Source of the DNA: Eledone cirrhosa
Taxonomy: Eukaryota
Length of the DNA: 64,000 nt
Assembly: GCA_964016885.1 (NCBI GenBank)
Contig: OZ024740.1
Location: 230,082,001-230,146,000 of the forward strand
Direction: 5' to 3'
Made by a program: the position numbers and the translations under genes. The notes under the pieces are model-generated. The model worked only from the letters and a program-made list of their open reading frames with translations. It had not been told where the DNA came from and searched no databases. Each line of letters begins with the position of its first letter. Positions within the stretch are counted from its first letter, which is position 1. This document shows positions 62,481 through 64,000 of the stretch, in pieces.

Positions 62481-62779
62481 CAGAGAGATGCATAGATTTC
62501 AAGAAGACGCGGTTGCTAGGTCTAGTACAGGGGTTCCCCACGTCCTCGGTAAAGTTCTGTTTGAGCATTGCGTAGGCGTCCCTTGGGACCCTAATCAGTT
62601 TTAAATGTGGTTTAGTCGCCGCGTTGGTTAACATTTTCCCTTTGGTTTCCACCGAAGGGTCTTTGTCTATTGTTTGCACGAGTGTTTTGTTGTTTGTGTT
62701 GATGTATGTATACTGTTTTTGTTGTGTTCTGTTTGTTTTTTATTATAGTTCTTGTGTGTTTGCGTTTTGTAGTATGTGT

Positions 62780-63760
62780 TATGTTTTCGGGAGAGGTGGG
62801 TTTTTTTTGTTTGTGATGTTTGTTCTGTTTGTGCTGGTGGCTGTGTTTGTTGCATTTTTGTTAATGTGGTGCCTTCTTTTCTTTCTTTTTACAGGTTGAA
62901 AGGGTTCTCCCTCATCGTCACTGGGTGACGTTGATAAGGGGTCTTTGTCCGTGTTGTTGGGGAGGCGTGTATTTTGGGGTTTTGTTGTGGTTGCTTTTGT
63001 ATTTGTTTTAGATGGGGAGGGGTTGGGTGGGACAGTGTCTTGTGTTGTTATTTTTTCGTGTTGTTGTTGTTGTGGTGGTGGTGGTGGTGATGGTGGTGGT
63101 GGTGGTTGTGTTGTTGTGTGTGGGGTGGGCAGAAACGTCTTTTTTTTTTGGGGGGGGGGGGGGTATTTAAAAGGGGACAGGAAGCCCCCAGGTGACCACT
63201 TCTTGAACAGTGGTAGCATGAAGGACGCCTGCTCTCAACAGAAATGTTTATGAAGGCGACTCCATCCAGGGACACACGCTGCGGTATTCTTGCTATCCGT
63301 TCTGGTCTCATTTGGACCAGAACTTCAAGGCTATTGCCGCCGAATACGCCCCCGGTGGATTCGCCTATCGAAAGGATTGTGTCTTCATCTTCTAAGAATC
63401 CTGTTAGCACCCACCAAATGCTCGCATTTGGCATGATGCCCGAGATTCTTATCTTTTGAGTTCTCTTCCCCAAATATGTGGGGAAAAAGGTGTATGCTTT
63501 GGATACAATTGGCGACACAGAATATTTCCGTGCCGCCAATTCATCTTGCATTAAAACAGATATGACAGTTTCCCTTTCTGTATGAAAGCGATATCCTTCC
63601 AGGCACTACTTAGGACCATCTCAATTTCGCTTTGGGACAATTGAGCCGGTTTCCTAGTCGTGTTCGAAACTGTCCTAAAAATTACAGTCCTTCGGGGGAG
63701 GTAATTGTGAATTCCCCATCTTCCCCGAAACTTACACAATTCCTTGCTACTTTCAGCAAT
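62780..63760 (-). pseudogene. LINE ORF1 (gag-like, CCHC zinc knuckle), frameshifted
   Basis: RRPSCYHCSRSGHLGASCP in 63048-63551; Pro/Thr-rich and basic (VKRKKRR) downstream pieces. Confidence 0.8.
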
Positions 63761-64000
63761 TTCTTGGCATTCCAGATGTCCAGTGCCTTGTATGTCTGCG
63801 TTTCTCGAACCGCCTGTGCGAAGGAGACTGCAGCTGTGGGTCCGTTTTCTTTCGTGTTGTTATCATTGTTGTTGTTGTTGTTGTTATTCGTGTTGGCTTG
63901 CTTTTTTCCTTTGTTGGTGTTGTCATTATTGATGTTGTTGGTTGTGTTGTTATTGTCATTGTTGCTGTTGTTGGTTGTGTTGTTATTGTCATTGTTGTTC

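Overview
Eukaryotic, AT-rich window saturated with microsatellites. I found no supportable host protein-coding gene; the SINE and microsatellite make-up resembles a cephalopod (octopus-like) genome, which is an inference. Nearly all ORF-track entries are artefacts of (TA)n, (CA)n, (CATA)n and (GA)n repeats. The real content is retroelements: (1) an apparently intact Penelope-like element (PLE, Naiad-like; 737-aa RT + GIY-YIG ORF at 54138-56351, minus strand) with direct and inverted pseudo-LTRs (pLTRs), each carrying a hammerhead ribozyme (HHR); (2) many short non-coding fold-back elements (inverted arm + arm + unique tail) sitting in (TA)n; across these and the PLEs I count about 23 type I HHR motifs in about 10 sequence families; (3) decayed Tx1/L1-type LINEs ending in (TC)n, R4/Dong-type LINE fragments in (CATA)n, RTE-derived elements, tRNA-derived SINEs and hAT, piggyBac and Tc1/mariner MITEs. 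The most interesting signals are the HHR fold-back system, evidence that its palindromes form by snap-back at HHR stem II, and a positionally conserved ACTC...TYGAGT motif at the start of the tail in otherwise dissimilar families. All structures were folded by eye and coordinates may be off by a few bases.
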